Assembly (NCBI GenBank): GCA_001724265.1
Contig: MEDY01000256.1
Span: 56,754 to 76,753, forward strand
DNA length: 20,000 nt
Origin: Rhizaria sp. SCN 62-66
Taxonomy: Eukaryota
Direction of reading: 5' to 3'
Shown: positions 1 to 9,800 of the stretch, in pieces
Layout: every line of letters begins with the position of its first letter
How positions within the stretch are numbered: position 1 is the stretch's first letter
Translations under genes and position numbers: made by a program
Notes under the pieces: generated by a model
Database searches by the model: none
What the model saw: the letters and a program-made list of their open reading frames with translations, nothing else
What the model was told of the DNA's origin: nothing

Positions 1-3000
1 GAGTTCCTCGTTCTTAGCCTCGGCCAGCGACGACTCGAGCGTGAGCGCCTGGGCGCGCGCCTCAGCCTCGGCCAGCTGCAGCCGCTGCTGCGCCTCCGCC
101 GCGGCCTGCTCGGCCTCGGCCAGCCGCGTCTCGAGCGCGGCGGCGTGGGCGCGCGCGTCGGCCAGCTCGGCGCGGTCGAGCGCGCGCGTAGCCTCGACCT
201 CGGCGCCTACGCCCGCCACGCGCGCGTCGGCCGCGGCGCGCGCGGCCTCGGCTTCGGCCAGCAGCTCGATTTCGCGCGCGCGGGCCTCGGCGCGGAAGCC
301 CTCGAGCGCAACGGCCAGCTCACGCGCCCGCGCGTGGCCCTCCTCGGCGGCGGCGGACGCGGCGCCCGCGGCGGCGGCGCGCGCGGCGGCGAGCTCGGTC
401 GAGTGTGCCACCGCGGCGGCCTCAGCGGCCTCAGTAGCGGCACCGGCCGCTGCAAGGGCGGTGGCGCGCTCGGTCTCGGCCGCCGCACGCGCAGCGCGGG
501 CCTCAGCCGCCTGCTCAGCGGCAGTGGCGGTTGCGGCAGCGGACTCGGCGACGCTGGCTTCGGCGGCAGCAGCGCGCTCCTCGGCGGCCGCAGCCGCAGC
601 ATCGGCGGCGTCAGCGCGCGCCTCGGCAGCACTGACCTGCGCGAGTGCGGCGGCCAGAGCCTGTGCGGACTCGTCTCCACCGGCAGCAGCGGCCTCGGCG
701 GCGGCGGTCGCGGCGGCGCGCGCCTCGTCGGCGGCAGCCTCTGCCGTCGCCTTTGCAGCCTCGGCCTCAGCCTGAGCGGTCTCAGCCACCGTCTTGGCGA
801 TAGTTGCCTCGGCAGCGGCGACCTCAGCGGCAGCCGCGCGAGACTCCGCAGCATGAGCCTTCGCGGCAGCCTCAGCGGCAGCCTCGTTCGCAGTGGCAGC
901 CGCAGCCTCAACCTCAGCGCGCGCCGCGTCGGCGTCGACCCGGGCGGTCTCCGCGGCGGCCAACGCCTCGTTGCCGGCCACGAGCGCCTCCTCGGCCACA
1001 CTGCGCGCTCTCTCGGCCGCAGAAGCCTTGGCCTCCGCAGCAGCAAGCGCGCTCGTAGCGGCCGCGAGCGCGCTCTGTGCCTCGGCCACCTCGGCCTGCG
1101 TGGCCGCGAGCGTCGCCTGCGCCTCGGCGAGGCCGCTCTCGGCGGCGGCACGCGCGGTCTCCTCGGCGTCGAAGCGCGCCATGAGCTCCTGCAGCTGCCC
1201 GCGGTAACGCTCCGTCTTGCCCGCCGCCTTAGCCGCTGCGGCCTCGGCGGCGGCCAGTGAGGCCTCCGCGGTCGCCAGCGAGGCCTCCAGCGCAGTCACC
1301 GCGGCCGACTGCTCCGCGCCAGTGGTCTCGGCCGTCGCAGCGGCGGCTGTGACGGCGGCGCGCGCCTCGGCCTGCGCAGTGGCCAGGGCGGCCTGAGCAC
1401 GCTCGGCCTCAGCCTTGGCCTCCATAGCCTCGGCCTTGGCAGCGTCAGCATCGGCCTTGGCAGCGTCAGCCTCGGCCTTGGCAGCCTCAGCATCAGCCTG
1501 AACAGCCGCGATTCCGGCCTTAGCAGATTCCGCCACAGCCTTCGCAGCGTCAGCCTCGGCCTTCGCTGACTCAGCAACAACCTTGGCGTCCTCTGCGTCG
1601 CTCTCGGCCTCCGCCAGCCTGACCTCGCTCGCAGCCACCGCGGCCTCGGCCTCGGCGCGCGCCGTCGTCGCCGCAGCGGCCGCGGCCTCGGCGGCCTCAG
1701 CGCGCGCAACGGCGGCCGCGGCGCGGTCCTCGGCGGCGACTACACTCGCTGCCGCAGTGGTCGCGGCCGCGGCGTCCCCGTCGGCGGCGGCCACGGCGGC
1801 GGCCAACGCGGCGGCGTGTGCCTGCTCGGCCGCGGCAGCGGCGGAGTGCGCGCTCTGGAGCCCGTTGCGGGCGAGCTCGAGCTCGGCGCGGACGCCCGTC
1901 AGCTCGGTCTGCGCACCGCTGAGCTCAGTCTTGACGCCATCGAGCTCTGCCTTGACGCCGCTGAGCTCCTCATGAGTGCCCGAGAGCTGAGTCTTGACGC
2001 CGTCACGTTCAGCCTTTACACCGTCAAGCTCGGTCTTGACACCGGCGAGCTCAGCGAGTGCACCATCGCGATCGGCAAACGCGCCATCCCGCTCCGCGAC
2101 GACACCGTCGCGCTCCGCCAGCGCGCCGTCCCGCTCTTTGTGCGCACCGGCGAGCCCAGTGTGCGCACCGTCGAGCTCAAGTCGCACCGCGGACAGCTCG
2201 GCGCGCACCGTTAACAGATCGGCGCTGACCATAGAGAGGTTGGCGCGGGCAGTGGAGAGCTCAGTGCGCGTGGAGGCGAGCTCCTCCTGGGCCACGACGA
2301 GCTCAGCCAGTGTGGCGCTACTGTTATCGATCGTCGCGGCTGCGAGCTGCGCCTTGAGGGCGTCGGCCTCGGACTTAGCAGCCTCAGCGTCAATCTTGAA
2401 TGCAGCGGCCTCAGTCTTCACGCGAGCAAGCTCGCTGTTCGCCGTCTCGACCTCATCCTTGGCAGCCTCGGCGTCGCGCAAGGCCGCTTCGGCCTTGCTC
2501 ACAGCGGCCTCAGCCTTGTTCTCAGCAGCCTCAGCCTTGCGGTTCGCGGCCTCAGCCTCGTCCTTGGCGAACTCGGCGTCCTTGAGCGCCGTCTCGAGCG
2601 CGTCGTGCACCGAGTCGGCGGCGTCCCGGGCCGCGGCGACGCTCTTGGCGCGCTCCTCGGCGAGCTGGCCCTCGAGCTCGGCCACGGTGCGCCCGATCGC
2701 GCGCACGCTCTGCCGCACGTCGCCGCCGTCCCCGTCCAGCGACGGCGTCGTCGGTAGCGACACCGGTGCGACCACAGCGCCTGCACCAGGGCGGGCCGCG
2801 GCTGCGGTGGCGGCTGCAGCGGCCGTGGCGGCCTCGGCGGCGGCGGCGGCGACCTCAGCGCGCGTCTCGGCGTCGGCAGCGCGTGTGGCGGCGGCGCTGA
2901 GCTCGTTGCGCAGCGCAGCCTTGTCGGCGCGGTGGCGCTCGCACTCGGTCCGCAGCCGCGACAGGGCCTCGGCGTCGTCATGCTTCGCCGCGTCGGCAGA

Positions 3001-6000
3001 CTCGCGCAGGGCCGCGAGCTCGGTCTTAAGGCGCGCGACCTCGCCGCTGGTGCTGGCGCTGCTGTCACTGCGCTGCAGCTGCATCTGCTGCATTTGCTGC
3101 ATCTGCTGCTGCTGCGCGACGACAGTGGCCTGCGTGGTGACGGCGAGCGCGTTGGCGGCCGTGGCAGCCTCCTCGAGCTTGGCGTTGCGCGTCTGCAGGT
3201 CATCCACCAGCCCCTTGGCCTGTGACAGTGCGGCGCGGAACTTGGCCTCCTGCGTCTCCAGCGCCGCCACACGCGCGCGCAGCGCCTCGGTCGCTTCGTT
3301 ACTGGTCGCATTGTCGTTGCCGTTGCCGTTCATGAGGAGCGAGCTGAGCCCGGCGCTGGCGCTGGCCTCGGTGCCGCTCTGCCGCTCGCGGTCCTCGAGC
3401 GCCAGCTCGCGCCGCTCCAGCTCGGCCTCGATGCGCCGGATGCGCGCGCGCTCCTGCTCACGCTCGCGCTGCTGCCGCGCCGCCGCGTCCGCCGCGGGCC
3501 CCGCCGCCTGCTGCCGCAACGTGTCAGCCTCGGCGAGCGCGTCGGCGACCTCGAGCTGCATCGCACACACGAGCTCCTCGCGCGCGCTGAGCGAGTCGCG
3601 CAACTCCAGCACCAGTTCCTGCAGCCCCTGCGCGTCGCGCCGGGCCGCCACGCGCTCACGCCGCAGCCGCCGCACGCGCTGCGCCGCGCGCACCAGCATC
3701 GCGTCGGGGCCGCCGCCGTCCGAGTTGCTGCGGGGGCCGAGAGACGGTGACGCTGATGAGGATGAAGTTGAGGATTTGGCGTGCGATGTGACCACAAGCG
3801 CGAGAAGCGCGGCGTCGAGCGCGGCGGCCTCGTCGTCGTCGTCCTCGTCGCGGCCCTCCTCCGCCGCCGCGGCCGCCGCGGCTTCGGCCTCGGACCCGGC
3901 TGAGGGCGCCAGCAGCCTGTGGCGCGCCGCGGCGACTGCGGCCAGCTGCGCGGCGACGGTGCTGCGGAGACGGGCCACAGTGGACACGGCCGAGGGGGCC
4001 GCAAACTGGCCGCGCGCCTCCGACTCGCCTTTGTCGTCCTTCGAGGCGCCGCCCGCGGGCTTCTGAGAGCTGCTGCTAGTGCTCGAGCCGAGGCCGGAGG
4101 CGGAGACGGAGCTGGAGCTCGAGGCGGCAGTGAACGAGAGCCGGCGAGTCGTCTGGTCACCCTTGCTGCCGTTCGCCGCATTGCCACCGCGCGCGGGCGG
4201 GAGCGCGGCGTTGGCGTTGCTCTCACCGCTGCTGTTCACGGGCGTCGCTGCCGTTGCCGTTGCTACGGAGCGAAAGCCCCAGCCTGAGAAGCTGAGCACC
4301 GAGGTGACCGACTCGATTGCGGCGGAGGCGCGCGCCAGCGCCCACGGCGTGCTCACACTGGTGCTGGCGCCGGAGCCGGAGCTCGCGCCCTCGGCGGCGG
4401 CAGCAGAGGGGCCGTCGTGGCCCCCGGCTGCGCTGTGGGCCGAGGGCGAGGGCGTGCGCGTCACGGGGTCCGCCGCGGTGACGACGTACTCGTCGTCGTC
4501 GTTCTGACCGTAGCCAGCGCCACTGCCCTTGCTGCTGTTGTTGCGCACTGCGCCGGAGTCCGAGTCCGAGTCGGAGCCATCGCCCTGGGCGCGGTGCCGG
4601 TGCCGGTCGAACGTGCCCGTGGCCGGGCCAAACGCAATAGTTGCCTTCTTGCCGTTGATGTTGATGTTCGGGTCGACCGCCGCGCTGCCGCCACCGTTGC
4701 CGCGGTTGCCGCCGCTGTTGTTGGGGGCGGCGATAGCCAGCGCGAGCGCGAGGGTGGGCGACACGGCCGCGGCGCTGCTGCTGGCGGCGCTCATGTCGTA
4801 CGCGTTGCCGCCGCCGTGGCCGCTGTTGGAGGCCGCAAGCGAGGCAAACGGGTCGTCATCGTCGTGCGCTGCTGCGCCGCTGCTGACGGAGGGCTGGTGA
4901 CTATGGGCAAGGGTCTGGTGACTGTGGGCGGCGGAGAGCGTGATGGGCGCCGACGCCATCGCGGCAAACCCGTCGCTCATGTTCCCGCTGTCGTCGTTGT
5001 CGTCGTTGCGGCTGTGGCTGCCGGAGCCGCCGTAGGTGAAGTCGTTGTTGGTCTCGGCGCCCGCGTCATACCCCGCCGAGTGACCGTGGGCCGCGGACAG
5101 CCCGGCCGCGGGGAGCGGGGTCGTGGCCGCAGAGACGAACCCAGAGCCAGAGCCGGAGCCAAAGCCGGCGTCGAACTCTGCGTCGTCATCGACGCCAGCT
5201 CCGCCAGCACCCATGCCAGTACCCGTGACACCCGTGGTGGCGCCAGTGACCGTGGCGGCACCCCCGGCCCCGCCCCCAGCGGCGGCGGCGGTGGTGAAGG
5301 ACATGGCGACGGACGCGCGCTCAGACTCGGAGAACTCGGCATCAAAGAGCGGGTCCACGGCGGGGACGAAGCTGCTATCTGCTGCCACGTCCGCCTCCAT
5401 CGCCTCATCAGCCTCAGCCTCAAGCGCAGGCCCAGCGGCTGGCGCAGCGGCAGGCGCAGTGAAAGCGGGGACAGGGGCAGTAGGGCTGGCGGCGATCGCG
5501 TCGAAACCAAAGCCAAAGTCGTCCGCGTCGTTCGAAGCCGCGTGTACAGTGTTGTTGCTGCTAGTATTAGGCGCATTTGAGTTGGCGTTAGAGCTGGGGG
5601 TGGGCTCGTCGAAAGCGAAAGCAAAGGTATCATCTGCGGGATTGGCGCTGCTGTAATCAGCAGCAGCAGCGGCAGCTGTGCTTGCATTGTTCTGAGGACG
5701 GGGCGAGTCGAACCCAAAGTCGTCGTCAAGTGCGTTCTGAGCGCTTGCACTCGTCGGAATGACGGCGACAGCACCGGTGTGCACACCTGCGCCACTCGAA
5801 GCACTATGCGGAGCACTGTCTTTAGAGAGAATGTCACTGTGACCAATGTTGGCACTCATGTCCGCGTTGAGGTCCAGGTTGGCGCCCATGCCGTTGGCAG
5901 CGCCGTTATGTGTGAAGAGCGCAGCGAATGCGTCTTCCTCGTCCGCCGCGGTCTCACCTGCGCCACCAACACCAAACGGGACCGCGAAGGACGCGCCGAG

Positions 6001-6360
6001 CACGTCAAACCCCGCCGCAGCGCCGCTGCCGTCGCTGGCGCCGTGCGCGGAGCCCACGCCGGCGGAGCCCGCGTCGGCGGAGCTCATGGTCACGACGGCA
6101 GTGCTGGTGCGGGAGGGCCGTTGCGAGCCGGGGCGCGAGGCCGCGGGGGAGCGCGTGGACGACAAGTGCGGCGCCGAAAGCCCGCTAAACGAGTTCATCA
6201 TGGGCTTGGGCGCGGCTGCGGCGGGCGTGGAGACGGCGGGGAGGCCAAACGGGAAGGGCTTGAAGGGGGACGCGTGGAGGTTGTGGGCTCCTTCCGTGTC
6301 GGAGTGGAGGGAAAGGTCCTCGTCGACATCGTACGCGCCGAAAGGAGTCTCGTCCCACAT
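1..6360 (-). CDS. Giant low-complexity/coiled-coil protein (>=2120 aa, 3' end outside window). About 900 aa of disordered N-terminus followed by an Ala/Glu/Lys/Arg coiled coil.
   Basis: ATG at 6360 gives MWDETPFGAYDVDEDLSLHSD..., with in-frame TAA TAA shortly upstream. Manual translation of many segments shows no stop (...LRARVAALETQEAKFRAALSQAKGLVDDLQTRNAKLEE..., ending ...ARAQALTLESSLAEAKNEEL at base 1). The ORF track lists no terminated ORF in this frame, consistent with it running off the window. The + strand 'SASA' ORFs starting at 41, 893, 1583, 1994, 4079, 4529, 5123 and 5846 all share one frame and are its antisense shadow. Confidence 0.9.
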   Translation of the reverse strand, partial: MWDETPFGAYDVDEDLSLHSDTEGAHNLHASPFKPFPFGLPAVSTPAAAAPKPMMNSFSGLSAPHLSSTRSPAASRPGSQRPSRTSTAVVTMSSADAGSAGVGSAHGASDGSGAAAGFDVLGASFAVPFGVGGAGETAADEEDAFAALFTHNGAANGMGANLDLNADMSANIGHSDILSKDSAPHSASSGAGVHTGAVAVIPTSASAQNALDDDFGFDSPRPQNNASTAAAAAADYSSANPADDTFAFAFDEPTPSSNANSNAPNTSSNNTVHAASNDADDFGFGFDAIAASPTAPVPAFTAPAAAPAAGPALEAEADEAMEADVAADSSFVPAVDPLFDAEFSESERASVAMSFTTAAAAGGGAGGAATVTGATTGVTGTGMGAGGAGVDDDAEFDAGFGSGSGSGFVSAATTPLPAAGLSAAHGHSAGYDAGAETNNDFTYGGSGSHSRNDDNDDSGNMSDGFAAMASAPITLSAAHSHQTLAHSHQPSVSSGAAAHDDDDPFASLAASNSGHGGGNAYDMSAASSSAAAVSPTLALALAIAAPNNSGGNRGNGGGSAAVDPNININGKKATIAFGPATGTFDRHRHRAQGDGSDSDSDSGAVRNNSSKGSGAGYGQNDDDEYVVTAADPVTRTPSPSAHSAAGGHDGPSAAAAEGASSGSGASTSVSTPWALARASAAIESVTSVLSFSGWGFRSVATATAATPVNSSGESNANAALPPARGGNAANGSKGDQTTRRLSFTAASSSSSVSASGLGSSTSSSSQKPAGGASKDDKGESEARGQFAAPSAVSTVARLRSTVAAQLAAVAAARHRLLAPSAGSEAEAAAAAAAEEGRDEDDDDEAAALDAALLALVVTSHAKSSTSSSSASPSLGPRSNSDGGGPDAMLVRAAQRVRRLRRERVAARRDAQGLQELVLELRDSLSAREELVCAMQLEVADALAEADTLRQQAAGPAADAAARQQREREQERARIRRIEAELERRELALEDRERQSGTEASASAGLSSLLMNGNGNDNATSNEATEALRARVAALETQEAKFRAALSQAKGLVDDLQTRNAKLEEAATAANALAVTTQATVVAQQQQMQQMQQMQLQRSDSSASTSGEVARLKTELAALRESADAAKHDDAEALSRLRTECERHRADKAALRNELSAAATRAADAETRAEVAAAAAEAATAAAAATAAAARPGAGAVVAPVSLPTTPSLDGDGGDVRQSVRAIGRTVAELEGQLAEERAKSVAAARDAADSVHDALETALKDAEFAKDEAEAANRKAEAAENKAEAAVSKAEAALRDAEAAKDEVETANSELARVKTEAAAFKIDAEAAKSEADALKAQLAAATIDNSSATLAELVVAQEELASTRTELSTARANLSMVSADLLTVRAELSAVRLELDGAHTGLAGAHKERDGALAERDGVVAERDGAFADRDGALAELAGVKTELDGVKAERDGVKTQLSGTHEELSGVKAELDGVKTELSGAQTELTGVRAELELARNGLQSAHSAAAAAEQAHAAALAAAVAAADGDAAAATTAAASVVAAEDRAAAAVARAEAAEAAAAAATTARAEAEAAVAASEVRLAEAESDAEDAKVVAESAKAEADAAKAVAESAKAGIAAVQADAEAAKAEADAAKADADAAKAEAMEAKAEAERAQAALATAQAEARAAVTAAAATAETTGAEQSAAVTALEASLATAEASLAAAEAAAAKAAGKTERYRGQLQELMARFDAEETARAAAESGLAEAQATLAATQAEVAEAQSALAAATSALAAAEAKASAAERARSVAEEALVAGNEALAAAETARVDADAARAEVEAAAATANEAAAEAAAKAHAAESRAAAAEVAAAEATIAKTVAETAQAEAEAAKATAEAAADEARAAATAAAEAAAAGGDESAQALAAALAQVSAAEARADAADAAAAAAEERAAAAEASVAESAAATATAAEQAAEARAARAAAETERATALAAAGAATEAAEAAAVAHSTELAAARAAAAGAASAAAEEGHARARELAVALEGFRAEARAREIELLAEAEAARAAADARVAGVGAEVEATRALDRAELADARAHAAALETRLAEAEQAAAEAQQRLQLAEAEARAQALTLESSLAEAKNEEL
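1430..1492 (-). repeat. Three near-perfect 21-bp tandem units encoding A[E/D]AAKA[E/D] heptads
   Basis: + strand reads tcggccttggcagcgtcagca / tcggccttggcagcgtcagcc / tcggccttggcagcctcagca, with degenerate units on the flanks. Confidence 0.85.
1882..2175 (-). repeat. 14 degenerate 21-bp tandem units encoding [L/R]-[D/S/A/T]-G-[V/A/T]-x-x-E heptads
   Basis: Translation: LDGAHTG LAGAHKE RDGALAE RDGVVAE RDGAFAD RDGALAE LAGVKTE LDGVKAE RDGVKTQ LSGTHEE LSGVKAE LDGVKTE LSGAQTE LTGVRAE. Confidence 0.9.
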
Positions 6361-6873
6361 GGAAGCGCGGTCACAATGGAGATAGGTGTAGTAAAAATGT
6401 GGTTATTATGAAGAAAACGCTGCTGCGGATCTATGGATTGTGTGACATGAGTGAAACAAAGGGGCGATGAGGAGAGCGAGATATGAGTCAGCCGGAAGAG
6501 GTTTCCGAGGAAATGACACCTTAGATTAAGAGTAGTAAATGCACTAATAAAAAATAGAGTTATATGCATTACATGAATTCTATTCAGTAAACTTTCTTTG
6601 CGATTGGCGTTGAGGTGCACTCTCACGAAGCTTGGTAATGTTCGCGTCATTTCTCTGTCCGTTGGTTGGCGTGGGGGCTGGATCTCAACCACAGATGGAT
6701 CACCACTAACTTTGCAAAACCACAATTCGCTCATCTGTCCGCAAATAGCATCACGCCTTATTGTGCGTATATTAAGGTATCATAATCTGGCTGTATTTTA
6801 AAGTTGACATGAAGCCGACTTGTTTATCCTTGCTAAACACATCTTTTGCGCTCGCCCTTTTTGATCCCGCAGC
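6361..6873. promoter_or_regulatory. Divergent (probably bidirectional) promoter and 5'UTR region between the coiled-coil gene and WDR70
   Basis: 513-bp AT-richer spacer between head-to-head ATGs. It contains a CCAAT-type element, gcgattggcgt, at 6600-6610. Confidence 0.6.
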
Positions 6874-9800
6874 ATGGACGAGGAGACCGCGGCCCAAATG
6901 GCCCGTCTGGGCCTCCCTGTTTCCTTCGTTTCCACAGCCAAGGGCCCCGCAGCCGCCGCTGCCCCCACAGCCCCGCGTGTCCAGTCCGGCCCTGTTACCG
7001 CGCCCACCTCCGCCTCTGCCGGGCTCGCGAGCATGATGCAGCGCTCCGCCGCCGCCGCCTCCGCACGTGCCCCCGCCGCTCTGCCCTCGTCCTCGTCATC
7101 CTCCGCAGCCTCCGTAGCCTCGCAGCAGCAGAAGGGTGCGATGAAGCCCGCGGCCATGAACATGCTCGCGGCGTACGGCGACTCCGACTCATCGGGCTCA
7201 GACTCGGACAACGACTCTTTCGGCCCCGCCCCCGCTCGTGCGGCGACTGCGACTACAACACCGGCTGCGAATGCGACAGCGACTGTTGCTGCCACTGCTT
7301 CAGGTGCAGGCTCTTCCGCTGCCAGTGTGATTGCGAGCGCGGACAGCGACACGATTGAGCAGCAGCGCCAGCGCCCTCGCCTTGCGACTGCGCACGACGC
7401 GACCGTCACTCGGAATAAGCACGCCACGAGCAGCACCAGGAGCGACAGCGGCGACAGCGACAACGACGTCACCTTCGGCCCTCGCCCCGTCCCGGCCGCT
7501 GCCGCGACAGCTGCCGCGACCCCGGCCACGGCGACCGTCTCTGCGTCTGCCTCCGCCTTCGCGACGGAAAGCTCTGCCGACTCAATTCAGACTGCTGCTG
7601 CCACTGATGCCACAGCTGCTGCTGCTGCTGCTGCTCCGACCGCTACTGTGGCTGCTGCTGCTGCTGCAGTTGCTGTACCTGCGAAGCCGCAGCGATCGTC
7701 GGCCTTCGTGGACTTCAGCGACGACAGCGATGCCTACTCCGACTCGGACTCAGACACCGCCGACATCGAGAAGAAGCAAGTCCCACGCAAAGCCACAGCG
7801 CAACAGCAGCCCAGTACTTCTGACGGTACGCGTGAGTCGCCGTCGTCGTCGCTTTGGACCGCCGACTCGGCGCCTCTCTCCCACATCATTGAGCTCCACG
7901 GACACACGCGGCCCGTGACGGCGCTCGCTCTTGCCCCCGGCAACGGCCGCGTCGTCACCGGAGGGCTCGACGGGCGGCTTAACTTCTACGACTTCGGAGG
8001 CTTGGATTCCGGGTTCAACCCCTGGATCGAGAAGACCATCGCCGACGGCCACGCCGTGCACCACATCGCCTTCGCTCCCCGCCTCGCCCATAGTAGCGGC
8101 GCGAGCTCGAGCACGAGCAGCAGCAGGGCGTCGTCGTCGTCGTCGTCCGAGGGGCAGCTCTTGGTGCTGACGAGCGGCCCGCAGCCGGAGCTGTGGTCAC
8201 GCGATGGCCGCCGCGTCCTCACCTTCGCCAAGGGCTACCCCTACATCACGGACCTGCGGCAGACTAAGGGCCACGTGTCGGCCGTGCGCGACGGCTGCTG
8301 GCACCCTGCCGCGGCCGCCGGGCTGGCCACATGCGGCGACGACGGCACCGTGCGGCTCTGGGACGCCGAGACGGCCGCGGCGGCGTGCGTCGAGACCATT
8401 AAGCTGCGGCCCGCCGCTGGGGCCGCGCCGTTCGCCGCGGCAGCGACCGCGAGCGCGGGCGCGAGCACGAGCGCGGCGGGGCAGCAGCTGCGCAACGGGC
8501 TTGCCACGCGCCTCCTCACCACGGCCGTGGCATACGCACCCAGCGGGCGGTCACTGGCCGTCGCCGCCACTGACGGCGTCGTCCGCGTGTTCGACGCCTC
8601 GGCGGGGTCTAAGTATCTCTTCCCGGCCCTTACACTGCCGCGCGCGCACGCCCCGGGCACGACGACCTCGTGCGTGGCGTTCGCGCCCGGCGACAGCCAC
8701 ATCCTGGTGACGCGCGGTGGCGACGGCGACGGCGCAGCCCGCGAGCGGCACCCCGGCGCCGGCCACAACGCCGCAGTCGCCGCGGGCGCTGATGCCGGCA
8801 CAGTGGCCTGGACCGTCGCGCCCCTACTCGGTTACCAGTCAACCCTCAGCAGCAGCAGCGGCGACGGCGGCGACAACGGCGGCGTCGGCGACGGCGTTGC
8901 GGCGGCGCACGCGCGCGCGGGCAGCGTCAAGGTGTGGGACTTGCGCAGCCCGCGCGCGCCGCTGGCGGCCGTCTACGGGCTGGGCAACCGGTTCGACGGC
9001 ACCGACGTGTGCTGGTCACCCGACGGCCGGTGGCTCGTCACGGGCGTGTCGGCCGTCTCAGACGCGGGGGCCGCGCCGGTCGACGGCGCGCTGGCCGGCG
9101 GGTTCGGCGGCGACGAGGCGGGGCAGACCGCGATGGCTGCCGGGCTCAACGCGATTGCGAGCGCGAGCGACGCTGCTGCTGACGCTGCTGCTGCTGGTGT
9201 AGTGAAGCGTGAGCCTGGTCTGTTCGACACGTTCGTCAAGAGCGAGCCCAACGAAGACGGCGACGACTTCAGCAGCAACGCGCACGCCGCCGTTGCCGAC
9301 AGGAGCCACGACGACGACAGCGACGACGATGACGACGACGACGGTGGGATGGGCCGGTTCCGCGCCCCCGCCCCGACCCAGGCCGGCGGCGGCGTCGCCT
9401 TCCTCAGCACAGCGACTTGGGCCCACTGCCACACCGCCTCGCTGCCCCGCGGCGCCAGCGGCATCCGCGTCCGCTGGCCCGCGACGCTCGATCAGGTCTT
9501 CGCGTCGACGTCGCTCGGCACCACGGCCGTGGCCTTTACGCGCGGCCGCAGCACGGGCGGCGTGCTACCGGCCCTGGGCAAGCGCGCGAAGCCCTCGGCC
9601 TCGGCGGCGGTGTCTGCGGAGCACGCGCGCTACGACGGCGCGACGGTCTTTGCGCCCGGCAGCGAGGATGACCCGCAGACGCGCAAGCGCAGGGAGGCGC
9701 TGGCGCAGCGCAAGGCCCTGGGCCTCAGCACTAAGCCCGGCAGCAGCGTTGCGACGGGCGGGGCGGCGGCGGGCGCGGGGACGGCGGCGGAGAGCGGGCG

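Noticed and set aside
1430..2175. 21-bp periodic repeats as a CRISPR-like or mobile-element array
   Set aside because: The units are contiguous, have no spacers and are in-frame coding heptads in a eukaryotic gene.
41..6411. Numerous long + strand ORFs (e.g. 1994..4066, 690 aa) and Arg/Pro-rich minus-strand ORFs
   Set aside because: They are antisense or frame-shifted shadows of the GC-rich minus-strand coiled-coil gene. Their SASA or RRP composition follows from GAG/GCC codons.
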